A stretch of DNA of 64,000 nt from positions 9,369 through 73,368 of the forward strand of contig JAPLKZ010000013.1 in assembly GCA_026387835.1 (NCBI GenBank), written 5' to 3'. The notes under the pieces are model-generated. The model made no database searches and was not told the DNA's origin. It was given only the letters and a program-made list of their open reading frames with translations. A program made the position numbers and the translations under genes. Position 1 is the stretch's first letter, and each line of letters begins with the position of its first letter. Shown here piece after piece: positions 1 to 9,938 of this stretch. The stretch is from Candidatus Saganbacteria bacterium (GTDB lineage: Bacteria > Margulisbacteria > WOR-1 > JAKLHX01).

Positions 1-773
1 CCGTTCAATATGGCATTCTTTGTCATGATCTTTCTCGCGCTGATGTCTTTCCTGACGAGCTCGACTATCTGCTCCCCGCTTTCATAAGCTATCATCCTGC
101 TCTTGCTTGAAGCTGCAAGTGAGGAGCCGCTGCCGGTCAGAGACATGCCGATAGCTTCGGTGACGCAGGCCATGGTGTTTGCCGTATAAAGGCCGGCGCA
201 GGAACCGACGCCCGGGCAGGCGCATATCTCAAGCTCTTCAAGCTCCTTTTCGGATAATTGGCCTGCTTTGCAGGATGCAAGAGCTTCGAAAGTATCTTTA
301 ACAAGGTCCGTCCTTCTTCCCCTGTGCATGCCGCTCATCATCGGGCCGACTGTAACTACTATGCACGGTATATCAAGCCGGCCTGCTGCCATCAGCATTC
401 CCGGGGTTATCTTGTCGCATGCTGTCAATAAAACAAGTCCGTCAAGAGCGTGAGCTTTAGCGACGGATTCGACTTCATCGGCTATAAGTTCCCTTGAAGG
501 AAGACTGTAATACATTCCTTCGTGTCCCATCGCGATGCCGTCGCATATTGCCGGAACACCGAACTCAAAAGCGATACCTCCGCCTGAATGAATACCTTTT
601 GCGATGACTGACGCGTAGTCTTTCATGCTGATATGTCCGGGCACAAGGTCCGTGAAGCTGTTCGCGATCCCGATGAAAGGTTTTTCAAGGCTCTTTTTTG
701 TGACCCCGGTCGCATGCAGCAAAGAACGGTGAGGTGCGCGTTCTATGCCTTTTTTGATATTGTCGCTTTTCAT
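1..773 (-). CDS. ilvD: Dihydroxy-acid dehydratase, N-terminal part (gene runs off the window edge)
   Basis: Minus-strand translation from ATG at 771-773 gives [23 protein letters not shown]...[22 protein letters not shown]...[16 protein letters not shown], the classic IlvD/EDD N-terminal signature. No stop within the window. Confidence 0.85.
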   Translation of the reverse strand, partial: MKSDNIKKGIERAPHRSLLHATGVTKKSLEKPFIGIANSFTDLVPGHISMKDYASVIAKGIHSGGGIAFEFGVPAICDGIAMGHEGMYYSLPSRELIADEVESVAKAHALDGLVLLTACDKITPGMLMAAGRLDIPCIVVTVGPMMSGMHRGRRTDLVKDTFEALASCKAGQLSEKELEELEICACPGVGSCAGLYTANTMACVTEAIGMSLTGSGSSLAASSKSRMIAYESGEQIVELVRKDISARKIMTKNAILN

Positions 774-886
774 TATATATTTTCCTCCATTGGGTAAATT
801 ATAGCATTTTGGAAAGCTGCAAGCTCTAAGCGGTAAAAGGGGAAGATCGAAGGCAGGATGGCGGACAAATTGCTGATGAGTATGAT

Positions 887-1255
887 GTGGGTATAGAATC
901 CAAAATACTCGGGAACATCGGAGAAGACCTTGCGTGCGGGCTCCTGATCGAAATGGGCTGGAAGGTCATTGAGCGGAATTTCAGGTCCAATCACGGAGAG
1001 ATCGATATTATCGCAAAAGATGAAGATATCCTCGTGTTTGTCGAGGTAAAGAGCTATACATATAGAAGCTTCTACAAGCCCGTCTTTTCTATAACACAGT
1101 ATAAGAAAAAATCTTTGATCCACGCGGCGCGCACATACATCATGTTGAACGGTGTAAAGGGCATAAACTGCAGGTTCGATGTGATCGCGACCTACAAAGA
1201 CCGTAAAGGAGAACAGAAGACCGAGCATTTTAAGAATGCTTTCGAGATCAATTAA
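887..1255 (+). CDS. YraN-family (UPF0102) endonuclease-like protein
   Basis: 122 aa with LGxxGEDLA...GYxVIERNxR...GEIDIIA...LVFVEVK, typical of the YraN family. The in-frame start is GTG. Confidence 0.65.
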   Translation: MGIESKILGNIGEDLACGLLIEMGWKVIERNFRSNHGEIDIIAKDEDILVFVEVKSYTYRSFYKPVFSITQYKKKSLIHAARTYIMLNGVKGINCRFDVIATYKDRKGEQKTEHFKNAFEIN

Positions 1256-1267
1256 AGGAGGAATATT

Positions 1268-2800
1268 ATGTTTGTCAAGATCAAAAGCGCAGCTTTCCTG
1301 GGATTAAAAAGTTATCTGGTAGATGTCGAAGTCGATTCAAGCCACGGACTGCCCGGACAGTCGATCGTCGGGCTTCCGGATGCGGCAGTAAAAGAGAGCC
1401 GCGACAGGGTCAAAGCGGCGATCAATAATTCCGGTTTTGAATTTCCCGGCGGTTATTTTACGATCAATCTTGCTCCTGCCGATATAAGAAAAGAAGGGCC
1501 GATGTATGACCTTCCGATCGCGCTCGGTGTCCTCCTTGCTTCAGAGCAGATAGGCTCAAAGATGCTCGAAGATACCGCTGTTTTCGGAGAACTTTCTTTG
1601 GACGGAAATGTCAGGCCGGTCGAGGGGATGCTTCCGATGTGCTGCGCCTTGAAAGAGGGAAACATCAAAAGAGCGATAGTCCCGAAAGAGAATGCAGATG
1701 AAGCAGCTCTTGTAGAACAACTTGAGGTCATTCCCGTTGACTGCGTCAATTCAGCCATTGATTTTTTGTCGGGCAATAAAGAGATAAAGGCACACAAGGT
1801 AGACCTTGAGGCTTTGTTTTCAAAACAAGCAGAATACGACTGTGATTTTTCAGAGGTCAAAGGCCAGTTCCATGCGAAAAGAGCGCTTGAGGTCGCGGCA
1901 GCCGGAGGCCATAACATCCTTTTATCCGGTCCTCCGGGCTCAGGCAAGACCATGCTTGCGAGAAGGCTTCCTTCCATACTTCCCCCGCTTTCGCTGGCAG
2001 AAGCACTCGAGGTAACTAAGATCTACAGTATCAGCGGCATGCTTCCATCAAGGAACTCCCTGATAACCAGAAGACCGTTCAGAAGCCCGCACCACACTAC
2101 ATCAGATATCGGGATAACCGGAGGCGGAAGGATACCACGTCCCGGGGAGATCACTCTGTCACATCACGGAATTTTGTTCATGGATGAGTTCCCGGAGTTC
2201 GGCAGGGAAGTACTTGAGGTCTTAAGGCAGCCGCTTGAGGACGGGGATATTTCTATCTGCAGGGCGGCTACGTCAATAACATATCCGGCGCAGTTCATGC
2301 TGGTCGCTGCGATGAACCCATGTCCCTGCGGCAATTTTGGGGACCCGACAACAGAGTGTACATGTCCTCCTTTTAAGATACAAAGATACCTTCAAAAACT
2401 GTCCGGACCGCTCCTGGACAGGATAGATATCCATGTGAATGTTCCGAGGTTGAAAAAGGAAGAGCTCATCTCTTACCCTTCGGGAGAAGCGTCTTCTTCG
2501 ATCAGGGAAAGGGTGTCAATGGCCAGGAAAATCCAGCAGGAAAGATTCTCCGGCACAAAAATATCTTCGAACGCCAAGATGACGTCAAAATACGTGAAGA
2601 AATACTGCATCCTTGACGAAGAAGCTGAAGAATTGATGAAAAAGGCTATTTTGCATTTCAGATTGACAGGCAGGTCGTATGATAAGATCCTCAAGATTTC
2701 GCGGACAATAGCCGACCTCGAGACAAGCGAACAAATATCCGCCAGACATATTGCCGAAGCGGTGCAGTATAGGGATGGGAATTTCTCAGGGATATTGTAG
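1268..2800 (+). CDS. YifB/ComM-family Mg-chelatase-like AAA+ ATPase
   Basis: 510 aa with an N-terminal Lon-protease-like domain, Walker A LSGPPGSGKTMLARRL, a Cys-rich zinc motif CPCGNFGD...CTC and a C-terminal Mg-chelatase domain. An RBS AGGAGG lies upstream. Confidence 0.9.
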   Translation: MFVKIKSAAFLGLKSYLVDVEVDSSHGLPGQSIVGLPDAAVKESRDRVKAAINNSGFEFPGGYFTINLAPADIRKEGPMYDLPIALGVLLASEQIGSKMLEDTAVFGELSLDGNVRPVEGMLPMCCALKEGNIKRAIVPKENADEAALVEQLEVIPVDCVNSAIDFLSGNKEIKAHKVDLEALFSKQAEYDCDFSEVKGQFHAKRALEVAAAGGHNILLSGPPGSGKTMLARRLPSILPPLSLAEALEVTKIYSISGMLPSRNSLITRRPFRSPHHTTSDIGITGGGRIPRPGEITLSHHGILFMDEFPEFGREVLEVLRQPLEDGDISICRAATSITYPAQFMLVAAMNPCPCGNFGDPTTECTCPPFKIQRYLQKLSGPLLDRIDIHVNVPRLKKEELISYPSGEASSSIRERVSMARKIQQERFSGTKISSNAKMTSKYVKKYCILDEEAEELMKKAILHFRLTGRSYDKILKISRTIADLETSEQISARHIAEAVQYRDGNFSGIL

Positions 2801-2890
2801 AAAATATGAAAATCCCCCTAAAAAATCCCTGATCCAATATTGACAAAAATTACTTCATCATATAAACTATTTAATAGGTAAACATATTCC

Positions 2891-3346
2891 ATGAACACAG
2901 GCGAACTGAACGACTTCATAGAAAAGTTCGAAAGCTGCATGTCAGTCATAACAAAGGGCTTCCACGGCGGTGGATTCTCGGAAATAAACGATATCGATAT
3001 AACAATACCGCAGTTCGTTGCGCTGAACATTATCGCCAAAAAGGAATGTCCCAAGATGTCAGACCTCAGCGCCGAGCTCGGAGTGACGCTCGGCAACATG
3101 ACCATGATGATAGACAGGCTGATAAAGGAGGACTTTGTCGAAAGAAAAGGGGACCCTGAGGACAGGCGCATCGTAAGGGTTTGTCTTAATCAGAAAGGGA
3201 AGAACCTTATAAAAAAAGCCAAAGAACATAAAATGGACAGTATGGCCAGAATTTTCGGCAAAATGTCCGAAGGCGACAGGAAATCCCTTCTGCACATCAT
3301 AGAAAAATTGACCGGCGCGATAAGACAGGAACAAGAAAGGGGATAA
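2891..3346 (+). CDS. MarR-family transcriptional regulator
   Basis: 151 aa winged-HTH with the pattern ...MSDLSAELGVTLGNMTMMIDRLIKEDFVERKGDPEDRR... It sits directly upstream of the RND operon, with a TTGACA promoter-like hexamer at 2851-2856. Confidence 0.8.
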   Translation: MNTGELNDFIEKFESCMSVITKGFHGGGFSEINDIDITIPQFVALNIIAKKECPKMSDLSAELGVTLGNMTMMIDRLIKEDFVERKGDPEDRRIVRVCLNQKGKNLIKKAKEHKMDSMARIFGKMSEGDRKSLLHIIEKLTGAIRQEQERG

Positions 3347-3349
3347 AAG

Positions 3350-4249
3350 ATGAAAACAAAAAGAATTGTCTGGATAATACTGGTACTGCTGGTTCTTCTT
3401 CTTTTTTACAGGGCATGCACAAGGATAAGGAGCGCGAAAAAGCTCGAGACCGGGCGCATCATTCCGGTAACCGTCACAACCCCCAAGATAGGTACCATAG
3501 AGAATATATTGACCCTGACAGGCGACATAAAAGGCGAGTCCGAGGTCAGCGTAAGGCCCAGGATCGCGGGCAGAGTGGAAGAGATCTTTGTAAAAGAGGG
3601 CGACCATGTCAGCAAAGGCGATGTTTTGCTCTCATTTCTGGCGGGGATAAAAGAGGACGATCCCATATATGAGGACATGGTAGTCCGTGCCCCTATATCG
3701 GGATTTATCGGAATGCAGCTCGTAAAGATAGGCGACCAGGTGATCAGCTCGGTAGGAACCAATAACCCTGTTTTTGTCATCTACGGCATTGATAATGTAA
3801 AGATATATGCCAATGTGCCGGAAAAATTCTATACTCTTGTTTCAAAAGGGACACCTGCCATGATATACCCTGATGCGCTTCCCGGAAAAGTGTTCAGAGG
3901 TTCGGTCAGCAGGATAAGACCGGTGATCGATCCAAGCACGCGGACCATCCAGGTTGAGATAATCATTCCCAATACTTCCTATATAATAAGGCCGGGAATG
4001 TTCGCGAAAGTGGACCTTATTCTCCAGAAAAAATCTAATGTGATGATAATCCCGTCGGATGCAGTCCTTAATAACGAGGAAGATTATGTTTTTACCGCCG
4101 ATAACGGTCATGCCATGAAAAAAAATGTCGTCAAAGGGATCGAAAGCGAGAATGAATTAGAGATAAAAAGCGGTCTTTTACAGACCGACAAAGTGATCAT
4201 AAACGGCCAGAGGATCGTTACGGAAGGATCGACCATCGAGGTCAAATAA
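3350..4249 (+). CDS. RND efflux periplasmic adaptor (membrane fusion protein)
   Basis: N-terminal TM anchor, lipoyl/beta-barrel MFP motifs (VRPRIAGRVEEIFVKEGDHVSKGDVL), and a stop that overlaps the start of the pump gene. Confidence 0.85.
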   Translation: MKTKRIVWIILVLLVLLLFYRACTRIRSAKKLETGRIIPVTVTTPKIGTIENILTLTGDIKGESEVSVRPRIAGRVEEIFVKEGDHVSKGDVLLSFLAGIKEDDPIYEDMVVRAPISGFIGMQLVKIGDQVISSVGTNNPVFVIYGIDNVKIYANVPEKFYTLVSKGTPAMIYPDALPGKVFRGSVSRIRPVIDPSTRTIQVEIIIPNTSYIIRPGMFAKVDLILQKKSNVMIIPSDAVLNNEEDYVFTADNGHAMKKNVVKGIESENELEIKSGLLQTDKVIINGQRIVTEGSTIEVK

Positions 4250-7200
4250 TGATAAAGAATTTTGTCACAAGGCCGCTTTTTACCTTCTCGATATTTATAG
4301 TCCTTATAATATTCGGGGTCTTAAGTTATTCCCGTCTGCCGCTTGATTTTCTCCCTAACATATCACTCCCGACGCTGACGATCATCACACCTTATCCCGG
4401 AGCAAGCGCGGACGATATTGAAATAACGGTCTCAAAGGTAATAGAGGATTCAGTTGCCACCGTTACGAACATCGACAAGATCACTTCCAACAGCATGGAG
4501 AACATCTCTATCGTGACGATCAATTTCAAATGGGGATCTGATATCGATGCGGCTGCGGCTGATGTAAGGGACAAGATGGACCTGATAAACGCAAAGCTCC
4601 CGAAAGATGTCCAGCCGTCAACAATATATAAATTCGATACATCACAGATCCCGATCCTGATCATGGGTGTTTCAGCGGATCAGTCATATAAAGGGTTGTA
4701 CGACTTAGCGGACAAAAAAATCACAAACCTGATGAAAAGGGTGCAGGGTGTCGGCACCGTCACGATCCTCGGTGGTCTGCAGAGGCAGATCAACGTGGAT
4801 GTCGACAGGACAAGACTGGAAGCCTACCACCTTTCTATCGGGCAGGTCAACCTGGCACTCCAGGCTGCGAACCTTTCCATGCCTGCCGGCAGCATCAAAT
4901 CAACGGAACTCGAATACGGGATAAGGATCCCCGGAGAATATTCGAACATGGACGAGATATCGAAGACAGTGATCGGGAGTTACCAGGGCAAGAGTATTTT
5001 TATTTCCGACATAGCAAGAGTTACGGATTCATTCAAAGAGCCGGATAATATGACCGAGGTGGACCAAAAGCCGGGAATAATGCTGATGGTCCAGAAGCAA
5101 TCCGGTGCAAATACCGTGCAGGTCACCCAGGCGCTCCGGAAAGAAATAGTCAGGATGCAGGATGAACTCCCGCCGGACATTAAATTCAGTTATGTGCAGG
5201 ACACTTCCGAATATATTTCCAGGTCAATAAACGAATTGACCAAAACATTGTACTGGTCCTTCCTGTTTGTCGTGCTGACGGTCCTATTCTTCTTAAGGAA
5301 CGTAAGAGGTTCCCTGATCGTATCACTGGCCATCCCGATGTCCATAATTGCCGCGTTCATTTATATGTTCTATACAGGAGCTTCAATAAATATAATTTCG
5401 CTTGCGTCCATCATCATTTCCATAGGTGTGGTGGTGGATGATGCGATCGTGGTCATGGAAAATATTTACAGGCACATGGAAAAAAAACATGAAGCTCCGG
5501 TCGAGGCTGCAATTTACGGCGGGGGAGAAGTGTCAGGCGCCGTTATCGCTTCCACAACGACCAACCTTGCCATATTCATCCCGTTACTCCTTGTCCAGGG
5601 TTTCATCGGGATATTTTTCAACCAATTATCCATTATCACGATAGTAGTGATATCGATGTCGCTTTTTACGGCAATGACTTTGACCCCGATGCTTTCGTCC
5701 AAGCTTCTTGAGATAAAAAAAGAAGGAGAGAACAAGAAGAACTTCTTTTCGGACATCCATGACAGAAGCGAAGAAGCCTTTAATTTTATCGAGGAACAAT
5801 ACAAAAAGATCCTTAGTTGGTCCCTCAACAACAGAAAAAGGGTCGTCATCATCTGCTCCCTGATATTTTTTCTGAGCATGCCGCTGTTCCTGGTGGTGGG
5901 GACTGAATTCTTTCCCGACCAGGATAACGGTCTTGCGACCGCGACAGTGGAGCTTGCCGCGGGTTCTAAGTTTGAGCGTACTGCTGAAATCATGAGAAAA
6001 ATCGAGGCGGAGGTAAAACGCCAGGTGCCGGAACTCGAGTTCATTCTTATCACTGCCGGGTCAAGCCAGAGGGTCAGCCTCACGAACGATTCCGGACCCA
6101 ATAAAGGCAAGATCTATCTTAAGCTGGTCCCGATGGACAAGAGAAAAAGATCGCTTAAAGAGATACAAAGACAGGTAGCCGGTATTGCCATGTCGATCCC
6201 CGGCCTCAAGAATATTACTTTTGCCGCAGCCGGGGCAAACGCGCTTGGCGGAGCGAATAAACCGGTCACAGTTGAAATATACGGGAATAATTTTGATGTA
6301 ATGGACCAGGTTACTTCAGATCTCAAGCAAAAGTTCGATAGAATACCGGGTATTGTCGACCCGTCACTTTCAAGAGAAAAGACTAATCCGGAATACGCCC
6401 TGAAGATCGACCGGGAAAAAGCCTCGGATTTCGGGCTTACGATGTATGATGTGGCGATGGCAGCCAGGCAGTATATTTACGGGAACACCTCCACAAAATA
6501 CCGTGAGCAGGGGGATGAATACGATATCTTTGTCAGGCTTGACGAGGACAGCAGAAAGTCGATCGACGATATAAAGAATGTTTATGTGACCAACAGGATG
6601 GGGCAGAATATTTCTTTGGGTAACATTGCGACTGTGGAGCTGCGCAACGGGCCTCAGGTGATCGAGAGGAAGAACCAGCAAAGATATGAAAGATATGAAG
6701 CGGATTATTTCGGCAGGCCTCTCGGAGATATAATAAGGGACGTCAGCAGGATAATATCAAAGACGAGTATTCCGGCCGATGTCACGGTAAAGATAACCGG
6801 CAATGCCGAACAAATGGCAGAAAGCTTTAAATCTCTGTTCATAGCCCTTATTTTAGGAATATCCCTGATCTACCTTGTCATGGTCGCGCAGTTTGAATCT
6901 TTCCTCGAACCTTTCATTATCATGTTCGCAATCCCGTTCGCGCTTGTCGGGGTCGTCTGGGCCCTCTTTTTGACGGGCTTGCCGTTCGGAGTGATGCCTT
7001 TTATAGGCCTGATAATGGTGGTCGGTGTCGCCGTAAAAAATTCAATAGTCCTTGTAGATTATACGAATATACTCAGGGAAAGAGGCATAGAAATAAAGGA
7101 ATCGATCCTTGAAGCGGGAAAAACAAGGCTTCGTCCGATCCTGATGACCTCATGCACCGCAATATTAGGTCTGCTCCCAATTGTTTTCGGAACAGGAGAA

Positions 7201-7344
7201 GGTTCGGGCTTTTGGAAGAATATGTCAATCGCCGTTCTTGGAGGTCTGATTGTGTCGGCGACGATAAGTCTTGTTTTCGTTCCCACGTTCTACTTCATTG
7301 TAGAAAGCCGGTTCAAGGACAAAGGCGCTGGAGGAGGAAAATAA
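4249..7344 (+). CDS. RND efflux pump permease (AcrB/CzcA family)
   Basis: 1031 aa, 12-TM RND architecture with two large periplasmic loops; the N-terminus MIKNFVTRPLFTFSIFIVLIIFGVLSY is typical. Confidence 0.9.
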   Translation: MIKNFVTRPLFTFSIFIVLIIFGVLSYSRLPLDFLPNISLPTLTIITPYPGASADDIEITVSKVIEDSVATVTNIDKITSNSMENISIVTINFKWGSDIDAAAADVRDKMDLINAKLPKDVQPSTIYKFDTSQIPILIMGVSADQSYKGLYDLADKKITNLMKRVQGVGTVTILGGLQRQINVDVDRTRLEAYHLSIGQVNLALQAANLSMPAGSIKSTELEYGIRIPGEYSNMDEISKTVIGSYQGKSIFISDIARVTDSFKEPDNMTEVDQKPGIMLMVQKQSGANTVQVTQALRKEIVRMQDELPPDIKFSYVQDTSEYISRSINELTKTLYWSFLFVVLTVLFFLRNVRGSLIVSLAIPMSIIAAFIYMFYTGASINIISLASIIISIGVVVDDAIVVMENIYRHMEKKHEAPVEAAIYGGGEVSGAVIASTTTNLAIFIPLLLVQGFIGIFFNQLSIITIVVISMSLFTAMTLTPMLSSKLLEIKKEGENKKNFFSDIHDRSEEAFNFIEEQYKKILSWSLNNRKRVVIICSLIFFLSMPLFLVVGTEFFPDQDNGLATATVELAAGSKFERTAEIMRKIEAEVKRQVPELEFILITAGSSQRVSLTNDSGPNKGKIYLKLVPMDKRKRSLKEIQRQVAGIAMSIPGLKNITFAAAGANALGGANKPVTVEIYGNNFDVMDQVTSDLKQKFDRIPGIVDPSLSREKTNPEYALKIDREKASDFGLTMYDVAMAARQYIYGNTSTKYREQGDEYDIFVRLDEDSRKSIDDIKNVYVTNRMGQNISLGNIATVELRNGPQVIERKNQQRYERYEADYFGRPLGDIIRDVSRIISKTSIPADVTVKITGNAEQMAESFKSLFIALILGISLIYLVMVAQFESFLEPFIIMFAIPFALVGVVWALFLTGLPFGVMPFIGLIMVVGVAVKNSIVLVDYTNILRERGIEIKESILEAGKTRLRPILMTSCTAILGLLPIVFGTGEGSGFWKNMSIAVLGGLIVSATISLVFVPTFYFIVESRFKDKGAGGGK

Positions 7345-7345
7345 A

Positions 7346-7636
7346 ATGAAAGGATTATTTATTGTTTATGCGCCGGCCATAGAGAACAATGTACTGGAAA
7401 TAATGAATAAGTCAGGGATAAAGCATTACACGAAATTCCCTTACCTGCACGGCATCGGCGGTCATTCAGAGCGGCATCTTGATACGCATGTCTGGCCGGG
7501 CTCAAATTCCGCAGTGCTGGCGGTAGTTGATGAAACCGCTGCTTCAAATGTCCTGCCGGGATTAAAAAAGATAAAGGAAGAATTCCTCGACGAAGGGTTG
7601 AAAGTTTTTGTTGTCCCGATGGAGGTGGCGATATGA
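7346..7636 (+). CDS. Small PII/GlnB-like fold protein associated with the RND pump (DUF3240-like)
   Basis: 96 aa, starting 2 nt after the pump stop. A small PII-like protein in this position is a known arrangement in heavy-metal RND operons. The assignment is from context and size only. Confidence 0.4.
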   Translation: MKGLFIVYAPAIENNVLEIMNKSGIKHYTKFPYLHGIGGHSERHLDTHVWPGSNSAVLAVVDETAASNVLPGLKKIKEEFLDEGLKVFVVPMEVAI

Positions 7637-9012
7637 AGTCCGGATCAGGGAAAATCAAGGCATCAAATTTGCGGAGCGTAAAAACATTCCGGACTTCTAT
7701 TTTGACCGCCTGTTTTATGCTTGGAGCGTGCAATATATCTTTTGCCGTCGAGCTCGACTTGCAACAATCAATAGATCTTGCATACTCGAAGAACCCGGCA
7801 ATAATTAACGCCCAGGAAAAGGTCAATATCGCTTCCGCCAAAATGGGGCAGGCCGGTTCTTATCTTCTTCCGTCACTTAATCTAAGCGCGAGCAAAGGAC
7901 AGAATTATGTCCAGCCTATGGTCATCCAGCTGCCTTCGCAGTTCGGAGGCGGGTCTATCACCGCAGGTCCTGACGAAGCCGCGAAAACCAGTTCGTACAG
8001 CCTGACAGCCCAGCAGGTCCTGTTCGCAGGCGGAAGGGTCGTCACAAACATGTCGATCGCAAAATCCCAGTACGATTCTGCAGGTCAGGACCTCAGGAAG
8101 GCGCAACAAGATACTTCATACAATGTCACATCCGCATATTTTGAAGTGCTTAAGGAAAAAAAATATTTAGAGATCATGACAAATTCCGTGGAGAACCTGA
8201 AAAGGAACTCAAGGATAACGGAGGTCCTTTATAATTCAGGCATAGCGCCCGTCTCAGACCTTATCAGGATGAAATCGGCGGTGGCTAACCAGGAGGTCAT
8301 GAAGATGCAGGTCCAGATGCTCTATGACCTGTCAAAGCTTTCTTTCCAGGCCGCCATCGGCGAAAAGTTCGCGGAAGATTTCGACCTGAAGGAAGAAGCT
8401 CTTCCGGGTGTACAGGGACCTGTGCCGGCGCTGGATTCATTGCTGAACAAGGCTTATGTTAGCAGGCCGGATTTCAGGTCGTTCGAGATAGGGATCGATA
8501 TTTCACGCAATGTGGTGGCTTTTTCCTACGGCACCTATTTGCCCAGCATACTATACCAGTATTCCTTCGGCAGATCAGCAAGCGAATATCAGACCAATAA
8601 GACATGGAGCAACGATCTGGCTAACTGGAGATCGATGTTCGTCACGCAATGGGAGATCTTTAACGGCTTCAATACCCAGAACAAGATAAGGGAAGCATAT
8701 GCTACGCTCAATTCGATGAAAGCACAGGAACAATCGGTCAGGGACAGTGTGACGATAGACGTGACCGCGTCGCTCCTGACCCTGAACAGCACTATAGAGA
8801 AGGTAAAAGCAGCAAGGATCGCATCCGATTTGTCTGACAGGGCTCTGAAATCGGTCGAAGCCGCGTACAAGTCCAATATCACGACCCAGCAGGCATATCT
8901 TGACGCTCAGAACGCTTACTCGCTCTCGATGCTTAACTACTGGGCGGCGAGATATGAACTCGAGGTCTCAAAAGCCAGGCTGAACAAATCTGTCGGGGAC
9001 AAGGTCATATAA
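7633..9012 (+). CDS. TolC-family outer-membrane efflux factor
   Basis: 459 aa with the OEP/TolC repeat pattern (…LDLQQSIDLAYSKNP…, …ARYELEVSKARLNKS…). The true start is probably an internal or alternative codon after the signal region. Confidence 0.85.
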   Translation: MKSGSGKIKASNLRSVKTFRTSILTACFMLGACNISFAVELDLQQSIDLAYSKNPAIINAQEKVNIASAKMGQAGSYLLPSLNLSASKGQNYVQPMVIQLPSQFGGGSITAGPDEAAKTSSYSLTAQQVLFAGGRVVTNMSIAKSQYDSAGQDLRKAQQDTSYNVTSAYFEVLKEKKYLEIMTNSVENLKRNSRITEVLYNSGIAPVSDLIRMKSAVANQEVMKMQVQMLYDLSKLSFQAAIGEKFAEDFDLKEEALPGVQGPVPALDSLLNKAYVSRPDFRSFEIGIDISRNVVAFSYGTYLPSILYQYSFGRSASEYQTNKTWSNDLANWRSMFVTQWEIFNGFNTQNKIREAYATLNSMKAQEQSVRDSVTIDVTASLLTLNSTIEKVKAARIASDLSDRALKSVEAAYKSNITTQQAYLDAQNAYSLSMLNYWAARYELEVSKARLNKSVGDKVI

Positions 9013-9082
9013 TCTCCGCGTCCGGTTGCGAAAAGAATGTTATACCCAGAAAAACAATATATATAATGTATAATATTTATAT

Positions 9083-9934
9083 ATGAGGACCATCATTCAG
9101 CTTCTTGTCAGCATTTCCATGTACACCTTTATCCTGACCAGCCTGTTCGGTGCCGGGCTCGGTCTGACAATAAAAGAGATCATTGAACCGATAAAAAATT
9201 TAAGGATCGTTTTTCTGGCGCTTCTTTCCAATTTTGCGCTTATCCCTCTGATGGCTTTCGCATTATCAGTTTTCTTAAAGGCTGATCCAGGATTGCATGC
9301 CGGGCTGATCATCATCGCATGCTGTGCAGGCGCTCCATTCCTACCAAAGCTGATAACTCTGGCAAAAGGAGATATTGCTCATGCTGTGGGCTTTATGGTC
9401 CTGATGATGATCTCAACAGTCGCTTTCGCTCCTTTTATATTGCCTCTTGCCATTCCGGGACTTTCCGTGAGCCCTTTTGCAATAGCCGCTCCTTTGATCG
9501 TCCTGATGCTGTTTCCTCTCATTTCCGGACTCCTTGTGACTGCTGGGAGCATCCGTATTGCTAATTTCCTAAAACCTGCGATGATGAGAATTTCGTCCGT
9601 CAGCCTTTTATTAGCCGGGGTCTTTATTATTTTGGTGGATCATAAGATAATAATTTCCGCCTATGGTACGGGCGTGTATAATCTCACATTCCTATTTACG
9701 GTCTTTGCTTTGGTTATAGGATTCTTCTTTATAGGTTTTGACAGGCCTAAAAGAGTTGTGTTTTCACTGGGATCCGGCGCGCGCAATATAGCGGCAGCCC
9801 TGATAATAGCGACTGCCAATTTTAATGAGCCGAGAGTAACAACGGTGGTCCTGATAGGCAGCCTGGTCCAGTTTATAATGCTGTTCTTGTTCGCATATAT
9901 CTGCGGCAGGGTAGGAGCATCCAGAACAGTCTGA
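9083..9934 (+). CDS. Bile-acid:sodium symporter (BASS/AEC)-like integral membrane transporter
   Basis: 283 aa, roughly 8-10 TM, glycine-rich crossover-like motifs (ACCAGAPF, SLGSGARNIAAALIIA). A TATAAT-like promoter lies upstream (9056-9061). Confidence 0.5.
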   Translation: MRTIIQLLVSISMYTFILTSLFGAGLGLTIKEIIEPIKNLRIVFLALLSNFALIPLMAFALSVFLKADPGLHAGLIIIACCAGAPFLPKLITLAKGDIAHAVGFMVLMMISTVAFAPFILPLAIPGLSVSPFAIAAPLIVLMLFPLISGLLVTAGSIRIANFLKPAMMRISSVSLLLAGVFIILVDHKIIISAYGTGVYNLTFLFTVFALVIGFFFIGFDRPKRVVFSLGSGARNIAAALIIATANFNEPRVTTVVLIGSLVQFIMLFLFAYICGRVGASRTV

Positions 9935-9938
9935 AGGG

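Noticed and set aside
1453-1977. 174-aa minus-strand ORF inside the YifB/ComM gene
   Set aside because: It is entirely antisense to a well-supported AAA+ gene. It is Ser/Ala-rich and low-complexity, which is typical of a shadow ORF.
3059-3607. 182-aa minus-strand ORF overlapping the MarR and MFP genes
   Set aside because: It spans two confidently called plus-strand genes and the intergenic RBS, and it has no motifs.
3415-3672. Arg/His-rich 85-aa ORF (RDRAHHSGNRHNPQDRYHREY…)
   Set aside because: It is an alternative frame of the MFP gene. Its composition is a frame artefact of a GA-rich coding strand.
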